Assembly: GCA_963843575.1 (NCBI GenBank)
Contig: CAWJKZ010000010.1
Location: 448,001-512,000 of the forward strand
DNA length: 64,000 nucleotides
DNA from: an uncultured Acidobacteriota bacterium
Lineage (GTDB): Bacteria; Acidobacteriota; UBA6911
Direction: 5' to 3'
The notes below the pieces were generated by a model. That model did no database searches, had not been told where the DNA came from, and saw only the letters and a list, made by a program, of their open reading frames with translations. Both the position numbers and the translations under genes were made by a program. This document shows positions 62,869 to 64,000 of the stretch, piece by piece. The stretch's first letter is position 1, and the number at the start of each line of letters is the position of its first letter.

Positions 62869-64000
62869 TCAGCCCCGGAAACGCTCCAGGATGCTGGCGC
62901 CCACCATGATGACGGTGAGGATGATGACCAGGCCGGTGGTGGCCCAGGATACGACGTTGTAGACCGGACCGTTGACGTAGCTACCCATCAGGGACCTCTT
63001 GTTCACCAGGATGAGCATGAAGATCAGGATGAACGGGAGCAGCACGCCGTTCATCACCTGGGAAACCAGGATGATCGTCAGCAGGGGCGCGCCGGGCAGC
63101 AGTATGATGCCGGCGCTGAGCAGAATGATGACGGTGTACAGCCAGTAGAACTCGGGCGCCTCGCCGAAGCTCCGGTCGAGACCGGCCTCGAGTCCCAGCC
63201 CCTCGCACACGCTGTAGGCGGTGGCCAGCGGCAGGATGGAAGCAGCGAACAGGGACGCGTTGGCGAGCCCCAGGGCGAACAGCACCCAGGCGAAGCGGCC
63301 CGCGAGCGGCGCCAGCGCCAGGGCGGCATCCGCCCCGGACTCCACGGTGGTGATCCCGGAACGGTGCAACGTCGCGGCGCAGCTGATCACGATGGCGAAG
63401 GCGACGACCACGGCCATGATGGAGCCGACCACGACGTCGAGGCGCGACTTGTAATACTCCGACAGCTGGATCTTCTTCTCCACGATCGACGACTGCAGAT
63501 AGAACTGCATCCATGGGGCTATGGTCGTCCCCACGATCCCGACCATCATGGAGACGCCGGCGAAATCGAGCGGCATGCTCGGGCGCATCGCCCCTTCGGC
63601 AGCCACGCGCCAGTCCGGGTGGGAAAGCAGCCCGGAGATTGGGTAAGCCAGGTAGAGGAGGCACGCGATCAGGAAGGCCTTCTCGACGGATTTGTAGTTC
63701 CCGAACACGACCAGCCACCAGACGAAGACCGCTCCCAGCGGAACGGAGACATAGCGGCTGATCCCGAACAGCTCGAGGCTCGATGCGAGCCCGGCAAACT
63801 CGGCGACGGCGTTGCCGAGGTTGGTGAACAGGACCGCCATCATCACGAGGAACGTGGCACGCAACCCGAAATGCTCTCGTATGAGGTCGGCCAGCCCCTT
63901 TCCCGTCACCGTCCCCATGCGCGCGCAGATTTCCTGGACGACGATCAGGGCGACTGTCACCGGCAGCAGCAGCCACAGCAGCGAATAACCGTAGCGGGCG
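62869..64000 (-). CDS. Nramp family divalent metal transporter (5' end outside window)
   Basis: QEICARMGTVTGKGL, GTTIAPWMQF, SQVMNGVLLP. Confidence 0.93.
   Translation of the reverse strand, partial: ARYGYSLLWLLLPVTVALIVVQEICARMGTVTGKGLADLIREHFGLRATFLVMMAVLFTNLGNAVAEFAGLASSLELFGISRYVSVPLGAVFVWWLVVFGNYKSVEKAFLIACLLYLAYPISGLLSHPDWRVAAEGAMRPSMPLDFAGVSMMVGIVGTTIAPWMQFYLQSSIVEKKIQLSEYYKSRLDVVVGSIMAVVVAFAIVISCAATLHRSGITTVESGADAALALAPLAGRFAWVLFALGLANASLFAASILPLATAYSVCEGLGLEAGLDRSFGEAPEFYWLYTVIILLSAGIILLPGAPLLTIILVSQVMNGVLLPFILIFMLILVNKRSLMGSYVNGPVYNVVSWATTGLVIILTVIMVGASILERFRG

Overview
GC-rich bacterial chromosomal window, probably Acidobacteriota (inferred from an ADOP-type duplicated permease, a carboxypeptidase-regulatory-domain TonB receptor and a sulfatase-TPR protein). 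It holds about 45 genes: ABC/MFS/MATE/Nramp transporters, a carbohydrate-utilisation cluster (GH27, ROK, sulfatase, TonB receptor), GH88 and GH50-like glycan enzymes, alpha-2-macroglobulin, wecB, ABC-F, queC, tRNA-Ser(GCT), xylA and metY-metA. Many genes carry single-base frameshifts, most likely long-read assembly errors, and 7-12 kb is a patchwork of gene fragments. I found no CRISPR array, integrase or transposase. Most notable: (1) a near-consensus sigma70 promoter followed by an 11-codon Cys-Cys-Cys leader ORF with mutually exclusive hairpins upstream of metY-metA, a candidate cysteine-sensing ribosome-stalling attenuator; (2) two abundant REP/REPIN-like palindrome families (11 and 5 loci) and a third long palindrome, with family A hugging stop codons; (3) a circularly permuted discoidin domain nested in a BamE-like domain of an ABC permease; (4) a GH88 protein bracketed by two copies of an unrecognised domain; (5) a receiver-HisKA protein lacking both phosphoacceptor residues. 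All calls are by eye; no searches were run.
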